Positions 31,856-43,286 of a stretch of DNA of 43,286 nt are shown here, in pieces. Below the pieces are notes generated by a model. That model searched no databases and was not told the DNA's origin. It saw only the letters and a list, made by a program, of their open reading frames with translations. The translations under genes were made by a program, and so were the position numbers. Origin of the DNA: Klebsormidium nitens (taxonomy: Eukaryota; Plantae; Klebsormidiophyceae). Numbering within the stretch: the stretch's first letter is position 1; every line of letters begins with the position of its first letter. The stretch covers positions 1-43,286 of the forward strand of contig DF237641.1 of assembly GCA_000708835.1 (NCBI GenBank), given 5' to 3'.

Positions 31856-34800
31856 GGGACATCACGCACCTTCTTTTCTGTACACTTTTACCACGCACTG
31901 AGTCGTGAGTACACAAGCTGCACAAAGGTGTTGGTTGCTAGCCTCAGTCAAGAACGAAATCTTGTGAGTATACGGCGCTTGCTGAACACCGACCTTGTAT
32001 AAGCTATGCCTGTCTTCCATTGAGCTAGTGATTGCAGTGATTGACGGTGTGCTTTCCATTTTTGGGCAAAAGTCGATTTCGACTTTGAAGCATTACGGCG
32101 ATCACCACTGTAAGCTCTAATCACTTCCCACTCAAATGCATCACTCTAGATGTGATACGGTACACGATAGTCTTGGAAGAATAACAAACGTGGCCTTTTG
32201 CTGCACTGCACGCTCGCAGCTATAGGCCGAGCCCTCTACTCTTGTCCTTGAAGAGTGAACGGGCTCAAACCATTAGGATGCAACTTGCTTCAAACGCACT
32301 GTATGCGATGGCAGATTTTCTACATCACTCGCTCAGTGAAGATTGGCATGGAACATCCCCAGAATATGTAACGGCCAGGGGCGCGGCGTGCCCCTCGTGT
32401 ACGTTCCTCTGATCCTACTGACGATCCTACTGATGCTAGCTGATCAGTTGTCGAAACTGCGGATACACAATTGACTGCATGTTTCCGATCTTCGAATATA
32501 AATTTCTAAGTTAAGCATCCTTGTTGTTGTCCAAAAGACCAGCCGCGATGATCGATGCTCGAATGCTCCGATGCTTCCCTTCGGTCTCTTTACAACTTAG
32601 ATGGGCCCAGCAACTTGCGCAGGTTGCGCGCTTGCCAGCTGCAGGGCAAGCTGGTAGGAGGAAGAAGCCTGCATAGACGCCAAGGCCAAATCCTAAGGAA
32701 CAAGAGAAAGTACACTGCTTGCAACTAAGACGTGCACGTCTCATACTGGCGCACGTCTTATACGTGCGCTAGTACGTGGTCGAACTCGAAGCTTGACATC
32801 AAGAGGCAAAACCCCGCCAAAACTCCGTGCCGGCAGTCGCAAGCCAGGCAAGCGGCCGCGGCCGTTGTAGACCGCCCGACCGAGCGCCGGGCGCGGCGCC
32901 GGCGGCGCGCCGCGATCGACGCCCGTGTTTTGACTACCAGTCTGCAGGATCTGAGTTCCAGCTGCACGTCCAACACGCTTGGCGGAAGGATCAGATGCCC
33001 ATTGGGAGGCCGGTGGGACACGAAGAGTTTTGCGAAGACTGCCTTGTCTTTCGTATTTTGGACAGCGACCGGGTCCAGAGATTCCACGACTTGGCTTCCA
33101 CAGCCTGCTTATGAAGAAAGCAGGTACGTTATCAAGCGTCACCAGCTGTGTTGAAGGACCTCCGTTGAATCATGTGCTGTCCGTTAAAGCACCTTACTTG
33201 AGGCAAAGAATGCTACTCTCCGAAAGCAATCTCATAAAGTAAGAAGGACGGTCGTTTGGATCAAGAACAAACCAAGTAAAATTTGCAGTCAGCTTTGGTG
33301 ACCACGAGGCTTTGTCCATCTTAGAAACGACACGCCCTCATACCTGATTTGAAGTGTTTGTTTTAAAAGTGTACTCCACTTGAATTAAGTTCTGTCATAG
33401 CTGTCAAGCAATTCATTGTCAGGTTAGAAACTAACGGCGAAGTTAAATTCCAGTCACCAAATGAATCGGAAAAAAGAAATCACTGTTCACTTTTGTGACT
33501 ACTTAAACTAGCAGCGAGCTAGCAATTCCTTTTTGGTCTTTCCGTGACTTCCCTTGCCAGGATCCTAGCGAAAGCAAGCTCTTCGATAGATATCTCCACC
33601 TTCTTAATTTTTGTTTTGCGTCTAGTGAATTTGCAGAAAGGTCAAACGTGTTCGCTAATTTCAGCTTTCAGGCGACACCACATAGTCGTCATCCAGGAAA
33701 AGTAGGAGCATTCTGCCCGCTTAAAGGCGCCATTGAAAAGTCTGAAGGAACGATGGCGATATTAAGGCCCACCGGAGCCACGTCACGAGTTACGTCACGG
33801 GTCGAGCCGGCGTCACAGGAAGGGGACGAGGTCTTCAGGTTCCCTAGTAAGTCGCTGTACAACTCGTTTCATGCAATCTGCTCCAGAGCAACTGAAAGCG
33901 CTACCTGCTTCGAGCATTATGGGCAAGAAAACGTGGACTTTTTACCGAATGCAGAAGAGTTCAAACGCAAAATTTCGGTGATAGATATGCAAGAGTTTTA
34001 AAAAACGTCACTTTACACAAATCTTTTTGAATTTTGATTATGGCGAAAGATCACAAATGTCGGTCTTTGACAATGACCTTTACGCCCTGCTCGAGATGAA
34101 CCTCCGCTGAGGGCTTCAAATCGTTCATGCAGACCCATTAACATAACACCAGCGAAAGCGACCGGGTGAAGGGGTGAGAGGGGACCCGACACAAAAGTGG
34201 TTTTTGTGCGCACGATAAACTTTAGGATTGGGTCTTGAGTTCCGGCCTTTCCGCATCCATGGACAGGTTCTTACTAACTTCATCCTTACAGAGAGCAAAC
34301 GCAGGTTTACCCCGATGGAGCGCGACCTGCCCACCGCGTTCGTCCTGTGTTCCTTCGCAATCGCCGCTAGTATCCTCTTCCTCGCCCACTCGGTCAGGAG
34401 ACCTTGGTAACGGCCTGAAGAGCGTCAGCATCACCACTTTCGAGAGCGCATTTAGGCGGCGGGCGTGACGACGGCGGCTTCGGCTTCCGAGGCCGCGGGA
34501 TCGGGCAAGCCAGGCGCGCGGGCGTGCGGCCCACTAAAGTTCGCTTAAAGGGAGCTTCGGAAGCGAGAAATCAGGGTAGTATGGGGGTGTGGGCGGGGTG
34601 AAGTGGTGAAATTGTAGCGCTGCAGCGCTCAGCATTATCGTTGAGAAGTGAAAGTGACTGCCGGGTAAGACACGTAACGCTCAGTATGTTTGATTTTACC
34701 CCTCCTTAAGGAGTTTTTATAATGAAACACTCGATCGACATGTGAGAGACGGCCGGCTCAGTACTTTCGAGAGGTCAGAGAAATTAAGCCGCCACATACA

Positions 34801-35690
34801 TGCACCCAGTGCTTACCAAGCGCGCCGCTGCTTTTGAAGAATTCGATCGCTCAAAACATCCGGTCAATCAGACAATTAACATCATTCGAACAAGTTGCAT
34901 CATCATTGAGCGCGCCGCGTTCAACGAACGACGGTTGCATGTGTATCTGTGCGTGAAAGGCACTATATTGTTACCGTCGTGCGCCGTCATGCAGCATTTT
35001 GCATGTGCATATGTGGCAGACGCGGTCGATTCAGCTATAAACTGACTCAGATCAATCTACTAGCTGATTTGTTCACGTGCCGAACTCTGGAAACAAACTC
35101 AGCAATTGAGTAAGTCCCATGCAAACTTTGCAAGCTCATACTGCGCCGTGAGTCCGATCATGCGACTCATCGGACGGTTGCGAGTGACTCACCGATCATG
35201 CCATGGCACTTTATCTATAGTAGGATCGACCTGACTCGTGCACGAATGACGCGATGTTGACCATTCAGCGGGCCTGCACTGTACGGTCATGTCGAAATGA
35301 CGGAACCTCGGTGGCTAACTTAACCAATGCTATCGATCCGATCGTACACTGATGGGCTGTATGTTAAGAAGCGTACAAGAATCACAAAAACCCGAGTGCG
35401 CGACTGCACCTACATGCACCTTGCAATGCCAATTCCCCCCATCGCGCGGCAGATTCAATTTTAGTCGCATGCGACTGCTTGGTACTAACCAAATGTTAGG
35501 ACCGTGCCCAATGAAGTGATCAAAGTACTAGCCTATATGAAGGCAACAAACACGGCAAGCAAAGTGGGTTTTCTCCACATCGATTTGCAGGAACAGATAA
35601 GAGTGTCTTCTCTTTCGTTCTCAAGACTTATTGCGCTTGCTTTGGTCCTATGTACACATTTCTGTGGACTGTCGTCCGTCAGCTTGTGGA

Positions 35691-38600
35691 TCATACATCT
35701 ATTAGGTGCCGGGGATCAAGAGGAATTTGCTCGAGCGCGATCCGAGCGGCCGCGGCAAGCGACCCCGAACTTTCCGCCAACCACCTGCAGCATACGCAGA
35801 ACATAAGCGTTAGCGCCCTCTAAACAGCAGAGAATTCAACAAAGTCGAGCAAAGGCTGGTTGCATCTCACGAATCGTACCAGACTGCCGAAAGTCAATCG
35901 AGATTGAAGCCCCTAAGGACCCCAGATTGGTGGCCCCTAAGTTCTCTCCCGACTGATTTGAAGGGCGACTGATATTTCGTACCTGTGCCAGTTGTCCAAA
36001 GTGTCCGCTTCCATCTGGTACCGCCGCAGAAGGTCCTCCCGGCACCGCTCGAACAGCACCTCCACGTACCTCTTCGACATCTGGTGCGGAACCGCCGGCG
36101 AGGCGCCGTCCGCGCTCCGGAGGAAGGGGTGCGCTCCCTGATAAGGAGATGGTATATCGAAGATCAGAGAAAGCAGGCTTACTTCTCTATGTTTTCAAAA
36201 AGCCCCTCATACACTCGAAGGGCCTCTTTCTTTGCTAACTGCCGGCGAGACGTCGTCGACGCTCCGGAGGTCGATCCCCACAGGAAAGACCTCAATCCTT
36301 CTAATCAGTAAGAGTCGAAACGAGTCTATCTTGTTCGTCTTCTACAAGGAATATCTCGTCCTTTCGCTGAAATCCAAGAAACATCGGACCGCCGGCGAGG
36401 CTATATGAGGGATAAGATCAGAAGCGCACTTCTGATTGTCCCCTGGTCGCCGGAGAGCGTGGTTTAACGTGCTCGCTATAGCGACGACGCCTTCTTGTGA
36501 CACGTGTTCGCGGCTGCTGTGCTGGATCTTAGTGAACGAATCGAAGCCGGCACTAGACGGTATCACAAGAAGCGTAGCAAGTTGAGCCCTACCACTGGCT
36601 GCCCTTTTGCCGACCATAGAGCGTGGTCACATGTGCTCGCTTCTAGCCGTACTCGCATCATTCACCATGGTCTTCAAAGAGGGAGTACTTTGAAACCCCA
36701 GCAATAAAAAGGATCAGTAGCCTACCTCTGCTTTGCCCCTAACGACCATAGGGTGTGCTTTGCTCAGTCATAGCCGTTCTGGTGAAACCAACTGACCAAA
36801 CATTACTTGCCTCACCAATACGAGAGAATGAAACCACAAACCCACCTCTGGCTGTCCCCTCGTCAATCGTAGAGCCTGGTTGGACGTGCTTGCTGTTCAA
36901 AGCCCTTTTGGTGACAGCATCTGCCTTTCAAAGAAACGCAAAACGAAAGACAAACCCACCTCTGCTTGTCCCCTGGTCGATCGTAGAGCGTGGTTTGACG
37001 TACTTGCGGCGGCCGCGCCTTTCTCCTCATCCGTGGCAGGTTCGTCGTCAAGCGCCCGCTCGTACTGCCGCTCAAAGCTACTCTCCAGGATTTCATAATC
37101 GAAGAGCCACCTGACACAAAGTTGAAGGAGTGTTGGTGTCAACTTCAGCTTCGATATTTGCGAACCTCCCCAATAGGCATCCCCGCAAGTGAATGTGCTG
37201 CTCAACGCTGCTTTTCTGGAATTCTGCACTAGTGGAAAACCGCCTGACAGGGAACAACACGTGACAGGCGCAGCCGTGAAAGATGCGTGACTTGCTTGCT
37301 TTATAAAAGCACTCTAGCCGACTCAACACTCGAGTTGATGAGTAGTCAAGAACATTCTCAGAAAAACGAATTCAAGCACGGTAAAAAGGCCAAGCTGATA
37401 CATACCCCAACCAGGTCAACAAACCTGCTCAACCATCCTGCTTCTCAGGGACTCTCCCTACAGGACTAGCCGGCAAAAAGCATCTTCCCAAGGCACAGAC
37501 TCAACTTTCTCCACGGCCAGAAACGTATTTCGTTTTCGTCCTTTTCAGTTTCGCCTTGGCTTCATCGATTTAACCAACACGAGACTCCATAAAAGGTATC
37601 GCACGGAAGGGGGTTCACAAATGTACGGAACCTTGTTTGCGCACCTCTTCTGAAGCTTGACCCGCTCAGCAAAGAGCTCTTCCCTTCTCCGCAAAATTGC
37701 CTCTGGTACTTTCCCCAATTCTCCTTCCGTCGAGGGATCACCCTCCGTCCCCCCTCCCGAAGGCGCCTCCAAATCCGCAGTCTTCTCCGCACCCACAGCT
37801 TCGTTTTCTTGCCTGTCCGGAGCACCCGCTTTCGTTTCGGGGGGGTCCGGTCCTTCTTCCACGGGAACGGTTTCAGTTTTAGGGGGTTCGTTCGCAGACG
37901 CAGGGGCTTTTTCAGCCTCGGGGTGCGCGTCGTCAATCTGCATAGTATCTGGTCCCGTTTCGGGGGGGTCGTCTGGAACCCTTGGCGCCTCTTCGCTGCC
38001 TTCAATAGCGTCCTCCACAGCTCGAGTTGGATCTTCCTTCGCTTCCGAGGGGTCCTGCAACCGGCCGTTTGCCCCATCTTTCCACCCCCCCGAAACGCTG
38101 GCGTGCCACTTGGCCTCTCTCCGGTCCAGCACCCCGAGCAGCTTACACGCCGCCAAGAGCCTCCTCGTGTGGATTGGCGGCTGCGGATCTTCGAACCCTC
38201 CCCCGGCCCTGCGGAAGGGGCCGTTTAACACGTCTCGGTCGCGCTTCCTCGAGCTGGCCAGCGAAAGGAGGGGTGAATACGCCGGGCTGCTAGCGGGCAA
38301 AAGTTGCTGCAGCTCTCTACTCGAAACGCGTGCCGACATGCCCCCCGGTTGTTGAAAGCTGCCCCCTTCTTCATCGTGGTTTGCCTGCCCCCCCTCCGCG
38401 TTACTGTGGGGGGTTGACGGATTTGACGCGAGCCGGGGGGTGGTCGCAAACGCCCACCGTAGTGGAGCCTCCCCCCCCATCCGTTTCCGCTTCTTCGGCT
38501 GCTTGTCATCTCGCCCCGGGGGGGTCCCCTCCCCCCCCCCGGGGTCTGCATCCGACGCGGGATGCCGAATCCGCACCTTTTTCACGGCCTTGAAGAGCGC

Positions 38601-41600
38601 GTCGGAGCTTTCCCGCCGCTTTAGTCCCCCCGCTTCGGACTCCTTCGCGCGCTCCCTCGCGGGCGACGCCGCTCGCGCGGGGTCGCTCAACCGCTTCCGC
38701 TTGTGCACCGTCTTTCCCCCCAGAACCACAGTCAGCCCCTTCGGCGCTTCGCCCTCAGAATCCACCCCCGGTTTATGCGACCGCTTCTTGACTTCGCCGT
38801 CCTCCCCCTCCCCCTCTCGCTTCCGGATGGTCAGCGAAACTTTCTCCCCGTCTACCATCCGGTACAGCGTGATCGGACCCCCCCCCTCGTCCGAGCTTTT
38901 CGGCTTCGGCTGCATCGACGGCCCAAACTTCCCGTTCGGCATGCGCATCTGTTTCCCAGGGGCGGCGGCCGGGCCGGCCCCCACCGGCTTTGCGATCGCG
39001 GGCAGCGCTAGCGCGACAGCTGGCGCCTTGGCCATCAGGTGTGGCGCCAGGTGGCGCCGCACCAAGGTGACACTTGTCGGCGCGTCCGTGTTCCTCCGGA
39101 TGATCTTGACCCCCGCCATCCTGTCGTTCTTGTCCCTGTGCTTCCGATGGCCGCCACCTGGCGCCTCGCCCTTGGCCCTCGGCGCCATGTCAGCCGCAGT
39201 GATGGGCTTTACAGTCACTTTGGGCATGTCGGACCCCTTCTCCTTCCCCTTCCCCTCCGCTCCTCCGCCCAAGTGCAAAATCCGTACGCCCTCTACGGGT
39301 CGAGACACCGTCCCTGGAGCTGGCCCGGTGACGCCGTCCTTCTTGCTGACGTCATCTCTCCCGCTGACGTCACCCTTGACCCGCTGCGTGTCGAAAGAAG
39401 TCTCCGCTCCATGCCCCCCCTTCGTTGCATCGTCTTTTCCTTGGACTACAGCCCTCGACTCGACCTTTCCAGACCCACCCACTGTCTCCTCATCCTCTGT
39501 TCCTGCTTCCCCGTCTGTAGTCATCGCCGATCTTCGGTCACCCTTTTGCTCGTCCTCGCCCCTTTCACTCTCCACCGGTTTCCGTCCCCTTTCGTTCACG
39601 GCCAGATTTCCCTTGTCTCCCGAGGGGCGCCGCTCCAAGGAACCCCGCCCCGCCTCAATCTTCTTTGGTAGCTGATCTTCACCAGCTTCACGTTTCGACA
39701 AATCCTTTTTTGTTGATTCCCCTCGGAGTCCGCCGATTCCGTCTTGCTTGCTCGATTCCCTGTAGTCGTTTGTTCTCAAAGGAACACCGGGCCTCTCGTC
39801 CGCTCCAGCATCTTTCTGCGGAGGCAATCCCGCGTCCCCGTCCTGCTTCGGCCTCTTTTGCACTTCGCTCCGATTGGGATCGTCTCTCTTGGCGGGGGTT
39901 GCGTCCGAAGTCCCGGGGCTCGGAGCCGCGGCGACAGGTGTCAGAGCATCGGAACCGCTTGAAGCAGCTTGCCGATCGGTACTGATGACGCCCGACTTGA
40001 CCAGCTTCGCGTGGAGTTGACGGCACTGCAATGGATACCAAGGAAGGCCAAGACTTAGCGTCTGGCGCGGCCACAACGACAAAAAACTACTCTTTGTAGA
40101 AAGAAGAGGTTCGGAATCAACTGATCTCCGTCGTCTTGGACGGCTGACTCTGACTCCAGGAAGTGTCCAGGTGTCCTATCAGACCTTGGCCTAAAAGGGG
40201 CCTTCTGAGCCCTTTCCACAACCACACACCACTTTCAATTGCGAGAGTAAGCTCCGTTTTTGCCTATCATTGCCTATCATTGGTTGTTGACGCAAATAAG
40301 GAGACTATTCGCAGCCACGCTCCGAAGTGTATCCACAAAAATGACAGAATGAAGAATGCCCTAAAGCGACACGGACTTCCAAACGCTGGAAGAAAAAGGA
40401 ACTCCGTAGCCAAGTCTCCCTACTCAAAGTGCATCACTACCTGCATCCTGTCGCATAATAGGAAGAGCGTGCATTCACACCTGCATCCCATCAGGAGACA
40501 AGGATCAGAGTGCATTCACACCTGCATCCCGTTGCGGCTTGGGAAGTGCATGGAGAAGAGCCCCCACTGGTCGTTCTCAACCGGGTGATCCTTCAGCATT
40601 TGCACGAAGCGGGTTTGCTCCTCCAAAGTCCATTCCCCGAGGTCCAACTCGTGACCTGGGGGTGCGTACTTCTCGTAAAATGCGTTGGCGTCAATCGCGA
40701 GATTGTTCCTGGAATGGATTCAAAATCTCACTTTCAACAACTTCTGAAAAATGCACTTAAACATGAGGTGGAACAATCCAAAAAGGCGTTGGCGTCAATT
40801 GCAAGATTGTTCCTACAAAGTTGGATGGAGACTAATAGCTTTGAGGAATGCAAAGGAAGCACGTTTGAATCAAAAAGTGACAGTATGTTGGCGTCAACGG
40901 AGGATTGTCTTGAATAATGACGTGGTACTCGCATGGAATTTGCAAATCAAGCATATTCGAGGAGAGACGGCAAAAGGAAGAGCAGAAGAAGATGGTGAAG
41001 CGAGCAGGCTGCCTATCTGAAGAAGTACGAACATAAAACATGGACTGGAGGTGAGTCCTGGAAACTTCGAAGTGTTCCTTGAATCGTCAGCAGGTCAAGC
41101 ATGAACCCGCTTTTGACTCACAAACGTGCAAGCTGTCAAGACTCACGTGATGCAAAAAGATGCACGGAAACTGCTGACAGTCTAGCAAATCAGCAACCCC
41201 TCTTCCTCACCAAAGACAAAGATTTGCGGCTGTGACTATCCGCTTGTTGTTTGTGAACGTCTGACTAGCAATCTGCTCAAGCAGAACGCTCAAAAAGCTG
41301 TAAGATGGGAGTGGGGATCCCTTACCACGCTGCCTGCTTTGCCGGGGGCCAGGACGCAAACTCCTCGGGACGCCACACGGGCAGTGGATCGTCATCGTCC
41401 TCCCCGCTCCCACTGCCCTCATGCAGCCTCAGATCACCTGCAGCACAAGACAAACGCTGATGCGTGCACTGAACGCATGAGCATACTCTCCTTGGCTTCA
41501 GATTGAATGTTGACAAGAGAGAAGACCTTTTACCGTTGACTTGGTTCGCGCTGACACCCGGCTGGCTGTTTCGATCTCTCCGGCCACCATCGAAAACGTT

Positions 41601-42379
41601 GGCGGGAAACTCAGGTTGACCTCCTCTCAGTGACGACTATGTGTAATTTGGGTAGGAAGTGCTCGGAATCAGGAAGTGGCGTCTCGACAGAAAACACTGA
41701 GCAAAGTGTGTGCCAGCAGCAGCGGCAAACGGCACCATGTGTCGACGAAAGAGGGGCAGATGCCCAGATAATTTCCTTTGGTCTTTGATTGAAAAGTCCC
41801 CTTGGCCAAATTGTGGACAAATGCATATCAATTTCCCATCGAACTGTCGGTGTTGATTGGATGTACCTGCACCGGTTCTCCGCTGCCGCACTCTCGTCCG
41901 CTTTCCCATCCCCCGCGGCATTGGAATCGGGGGCGGAAGACGGCCGCCCGAATGTCCGAAACCTGCGGGCGCCGTTTCGTCCAAACCTTGTCCATCTCCA
42001 TCCCTTATGCCCCCTTCTTGACCATCTCTTATCTGCTTCCTGCCCTCGTCCTCCTTCTTCTCGTCCCCTCTTCTTCTATCATCCATCTCGCTTCGTTCGG
42101 GGTCACCCGTCTGCTTCCCCTCCCCTCTTGGACGCTTCACATTCTCCCTCTCGCCGTGGCCCCCTTTCCGCTTCCTCCTGTTATCCCCCCCGCTCGAGCT
42201 CCCGTCATCGTCGCTGTCATCGCTGACCTCAGAGTCGCTTTCGGAAGGTGCCGGAACTGACTCAGTCTTTGTCTGTTTCAGCAGGAGGGCCAGTTGTTGA
42301 CGCTCTGTCAGGTTAGGAGGCACGAGGGCCGAAGGGACGCCCTTGGGGCCCCCTTTTAGTCCTTGCTTACCCGCAGCCT
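35691..42379 (-). CDS. Multi-exon SANT/Myb-like domain protein with ANKRD11/12-like N- and C-terminal motifs; 5' end not found
   Basis: In-phase exons 42379-41963, 41437-41326, 40708-40522, 40025-37632 and 37457-37425 give PLPVWRPEEFASW...AWNNLAIDANAFYEKYAPPGHELDLGEWTLEEQTRF...QWGLFSMHFPSRNGMQCRQLHAKLVKSGVI (SANT-like). Further likely exons: ~37110-37004, 36300-36183, ~36140-35983 and 35784-35691 (stop TGA). Two 3' joins could not be phased with certainty. Confidence 0.72.
36425..37005. repeat. Five diverged ~50-bp copies of the donor-proximal intron sequence, spaced ~115-165 bp
   Basis: Consensus-like ctctg(c/g)(t/c)tgtcccctggtcgatcgtagagcgtggtttgacgt(a/g)ct at ~36425, 36587, 36721 (partial), 36838 and 36952. 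Confidence 0.85.
40439..40529. repeat. Triplicated 5' splice-site region (40-41 bp period)
   Basis: acctgcatcc at 40439, 40479 and 40520 (minus strand ggatgcag|gt). Confidence 0.85.
40688..40910. repeat. Triplicated 3' splice-site/exon-start region (~100 bp period)
   Basis: ggcgtcaa(t/c)...gattgt at 40688, 40791 and 40890. The minus strand reads ag|(g)aacaatct...ttgacgccaac each time. Confidence 0.85.
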
Positions 42380-43286
42380 CTGCAAGGAAGAGCAAATGTG
42401 TTTTCTGTATTCCACGATGGTCATTGTTGTGTAATCATCTACCAGATGATGGAAGTTTTGGTGGTCATTCGGTGCAAGCATTCAAAGAGCCTTACAATGA
42501 GCCACCTGATGCTTTTTAGGGTTTGTTAATTTACAATTGTGCCGCTTGCTTCATAAACATCAGCGATCGGTCAGGGTAACTTTGGACCTGCAAAACAATT
42601 GCTTGCACAAGATGAGCTTTCCAAACTTCAAACGATGTTTGCAGATCCCAAGGCTGAACACATCGGATGAATCAATATGGAAAACAAGAGAGAATCTCAA
42701 AGGAATTGGCTCTAGCTGGACTTCCTTTCTCAACAAGATTGTTATTGAAACAGTGGCTTCTGCCAACTTCAATCCACCACCATCCATTCAAAACCACAAT
42801 TTATCACCAGACTAATCTGCTCCGAGGCCAGCAAGAGCTGACAACCCTATCACTAGAGCAAGACCTACCCACCTGCTGCGCTAACTTTGGCGCCAGCCCC
42901 ACCCTTGTCTGGATTCATCCTCGCAGCGTCTTTTGAATCTCTGTCCATCCGAGCCAGAATCTAGGGAAGTTTGTTCTCCAGAGGACTAGGTAGCTTCATT
43001 TGCTTTGCAAGAGGCGGAATTCAGGCTGCTGCAGCCATGCCGTCAGCATCTCATCTTCTGCAGCCATGGCCTGACAGTTAACTCCTGAACTAGTGGTAAA
43101 TTTGTGTGCAGCTAGCGCCCCTGCCAGTGCTTGTGCTATGCTGCTTTGCACTCCTTGTGGCCCTCCGAGCGAACTAGACTCGTTTGTTGCTCAACCAGTA
43201 CCGTAATTGTTCAACGGTTGACGGCTACTAATGGGTGGTAACAGTACTATTCTGAACTCACGCTCTAGCAGTTCATACTAGATGCA

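Noticed and set aside
42512-42522. Single ttttaggg telomere-like word
   Set aside because: One copy only; expected by chance.

Overview
Intron-rich eukaryotic genomic DNA. A WRC zinc finger, a plant-type TRAIP and GC-rich exons with GT-AG introns suggest a streptophyte alga such as Klebsormidium; this is inference. The left ~12.5 kb is accessory. It holds a spliced but disabled virus-type gene fusing an AEP/PrimPol primase, a Zn finger and a UL9-like SF2 helicase, with the same 83-bp hairpin tandem repeat in two of its introns. Next come a 233-bp MITE with self-palindromic TIRs, an apparently intact two-exon piggyBac transposase, a further TTAA element end running into an assembly gap, and a CpG-poor decayed zone with a possible kinase remnant. 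The rest holds host genes: a ~1600-aa WRC-domain protein (+), a MYND-finger protein (+), a TRAIP-like RING E3 ligase (-), an intronless orphan ORF (+), and a SANT/Myb-like protein with ANKRD11/12-like N- and C-terminal motifs (-). A recurring theme is decayed tandem copies of splice-junction sequence inside introns. All exon models were built by hand from splice signals and reading-frame phase. No tRNA, rRNA or CRISPR array was seen.
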